NCBI GenBank assembly: GCA_963812605.1
Contig: CAWEWF010000014.1
Coordinates: 64,001-128,000 of the forward strand
DNA: 64,000 nucleotides
Source of the DNA: an uncultured Verrucomicrobiae bacterium
GTDB taxonomy: Bacteria > Verrucomicrobiota > Verrucomicrobiia > Palsa-1439
Direction of reading: 5' to 3'
A model generated the notes under the pieces. That model did no database searches and was not told the origin of the DNA. It saw nothing but the letters and a program-made list of their open reading frames with translations. This document shows, piece after piece, positions 61,888-64,000 of the stretch (position 1 is its first letter; each line of letters opens with the position of its first letter). Made by a program: the position numbers and the translations under genes.

Positions 61888-62378
61888 AGTATGCGCGGTT
61901 TGAAGAATTGCCGGTCTGGCAGGCGGGAATGGAACTCGCCGAGAAGGTCTTCCGTTTGACCGAGCACAAGAGTTTCAGTTACAAGGGGGATTTGCGAAGT
62001 CAATTGCAGCGCGCCGCATTGTCGGTTTGCAACAACATCGCGGAAGGTTTTGAACGCGGCACGACACCCGAATTGCTCACATTCCTCTATATCGCCCGTG
62101 GTTCGGCCGGTGAAGTGCGTTCGATGCTCATTTTGTGTGATCGCCTTCCATACTTCGCCGATTTCAAATCTGAAATCTCAGATCTCAGATCCAAAGCCGA
62201 ATCTATCTCCCGCCAACTTCGCGCTTGGGCTGATTCCTTGCAGAACTCGGATATTAAAGGCCAGCGGTATCTCACCGAACGCAGCCGAGCCGAAGACGAT
62301 CAGAAGAAGCGAGCCGATGCTTTCGTCGCCAAGCTAAAGAAAGTGCAGCAGAAGGGATCAAATACGATTTCTGCGTGA
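61884..62378 (+). CDS. Four helix bundle protein (23S rRNA IVP-like family)
   Basis: FEEL.VWQ, Q..RAALSV.NNIAEGFER, FLYIARGSAGEVRS. Confidence 0.92.
   Translation: MKYARFEELPVWQAGMELAEKVFRLTEHKSFSYKGDLRSQLQRAALSVCNNIAEGFERGTTPELLTFLYIARGSAGEVRSMLILCDRLPYFADFKSEISDLRSKAESISRQLRAWADSLQNSDIKGQRYLTERSRAEDDQKKRADAFVAKLKKVQQKGSNTISA
62161..62195. repeat. Period-7 repeat array inside four helix bundle gene
   Basis: ATTTCAA ATCTGAA ATCTCAG ATCTCAG ATCCAAA. Confidence 0.7.
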
Positions 62379-62413
62379 GATCGTCATTCGAGAGAACCTG
62401 CCAATGAATGTCT

Positions 62414-64000
62414 ATGAAACTCTCTCCTGACAAAAAGCTGGCGGGCATTCTGTGCCCGGTGTTTTCGATTCGCACGGAGGATGACCTGGGCATTGGCGAT
62501 ACTGAGGGCGTGCGCCAGATGATCGATTGGTGTCACGAGCATGGGTTTGGCCTGTTGCAGGTGCTGCCGATCAACGAGACGAGCGACGACAATTCGCCTT
62601 ACAATGCCATCAGTTCGATGGCGCTTGGATCCGACGACGATCGCCATCTCGCCCAAGTATCTTCCGGATTTGTCAGTGGCGAAATTCAAGGAGATTGCCA
62701 AGCCGGGGTTGCTCAAGGAATTGCGCGCGGGCGCGGTGAAGTACACGAAGGTGAAGGAACTGAAGCGCTCGCTGTTACGCGCGGCGTTTGAGGCGTTCCT
62801 GGCGGAGCACTGGAACAAGAAGACCGAGCGCAGTGAGTCGTTTCGCGCGTTTCTCGGCGAAAATGGGGACTGGATTTCCGATTATGCGATGTTCCGCGTG
62901 CTGATGGAGGACTACCATGACTGGCCCACGTGGGACGAATGGCCGCTGGATCGCCAGAACCCAAAAAAGGCATGGTCATGGTTCCTGTCGTTGCCCACGC
63001 GGCAACGCGATGAGTACGCCGAGCGCATTCTGTTCTGTGCCTACGTCCAGTGGATCGCTTACGATCAATGGAAGAAGGTCAAGGAGCACGGCACAGAAAA
63101 AAAAGTGTACTTGATGGGCGACATCCCTTTCGGCGTCAATCGCTACAGTTCCGACGTGTGGGGCAATCGCGCCATCTTCGATCTCACTTGGAGCGGGGGG
63201 TGTCCGCCCGAGAAGGTTTTCAAGGTGGATCCGTTTACGGAGAAATGGGGACAAAACTGGGGCATTCCGCTCTACAAATGGGACGTATCGCGCGCGCGCA
63301 ACCACGATTGGTGGCGTATCCGCTGTGGCAACATCCACAAGGTATTCCACCTGTTCCGCATCGACCACGTGTTGGGTTTCTTCCGTATCTATTCGTTCCC
63401 GTGGCCGCCGAAGGAAAACGGGAAATTCCTGCCGCTGACCGAGGAACAAGCCGTGAAACGCACCAGTGGACGTTTGCCGCATTTTCAACCGCACGCCGAC
63501 GACACTCCCGAGGGAGCGAAGCTCAATCAGAAGCAAGGTGAAGAGCTGCTGGCGATGGTGCTGGAAGCGGCGGGGGATACCGCCGTTGTCGCGGAAGATT
63601 TGGGGGTCGTGCCGCCGTACGTCCCGTTGGCACTGGAGCGCCTGAAAATTCCCGGGTACAAGATCCCGCATTTTTTGCGCGAGAAGGACTACTCCTTTGT
63701 CGATGGCAAGACCTATCCGCGTTTGTCGCTGGCAACGCCCGCGACGCACGACCACGAACCGATTGCGAGAATGTGGCATGAGTTGTGGGAGAAAGCCGAT
63801 AGCGGCGACGACGGCGCGCGGTGGGATTTGAAGCGCTGGATGAAATTCTGCGGCGCGGAACAGGAAGCGCCCCCGCGCGAGTTCAATGATCGCATCCATC
63901 AACTCATCCTTCGCGGCGTGCTCAACTCCAATTCCTGGTTCGCCGTGTTCATGATCACTGACATTTTCGGCACCGAAGGCCGTTTCAATGTTCCCGGCGC
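62414..64000 (+). CDS. malQ: 4-alpha-glucanotransferase (GH77), frameshift near 62627, runs off window
   Basis: GIGD, QVLPIN, SPY, MGDIPFGV, GQNWG.P.Y, FRIDHVLGFFR, AEDLG, THDH. Confidence 0.93.

Noticed and set aside
1-64000. CRISPR array or rRNA
   Set aside because: No repeat-spacer array, cas gene or rRNA-like sequence seen

Overview
High-GC bacterial chromosomal segment, most likely from the PVC superphylum (Verrucomicrobia-like; inferred from PEP-CTERM, prepilin/H-X9-DG and repeated C-terminal 'YYR' domain proteins). Housekeeping genes (SPFH pair, ClpX-like ATPase, ClC, ABC exporter pair, sua5, purU, mutL, nusA-infB-rbfA-nrnA-truB-ribF, pgsA-pgpA, serA, malQ, tRNA-Ser/Arg/His) surround a ~21.3 kb integrative element. 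The element (19142-40473) is bounded by an exact 33-bp duplication of the tRNA-Ser(GGA) 3' end. It carries a tyrosine integrase, an IS1380 copy, two AlpA/Xis-like genes, a HicB/HicA-fusion pair, an AAA_14-DUF4143 ATPase, a LacI-controlled glycan locus and a MOBF relaxase with a candidate oriT, but no T4SS or coupling protein, so it looks mobilizable rather than self-transmissible. Just outside its left att lies the most striking feature: a three-gene operon encoding a sensor-less histidine kinase, a stand-alone receiver and a receiver fused to a Cap12/Pycsar-type TIR domain. This suggests a phosphorelay-gated NADase (possibly anti-phage) with no nucleotide cyclase nearby. A second small insertion duplicates the 5' part of a glutaredoxin gene around an HNH nuclease gene. 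Many single-base frameshifts, including in housekeeping genes, probably reflect long-read consensus errors. All calls come from motif recognition by eye; no searches were run.
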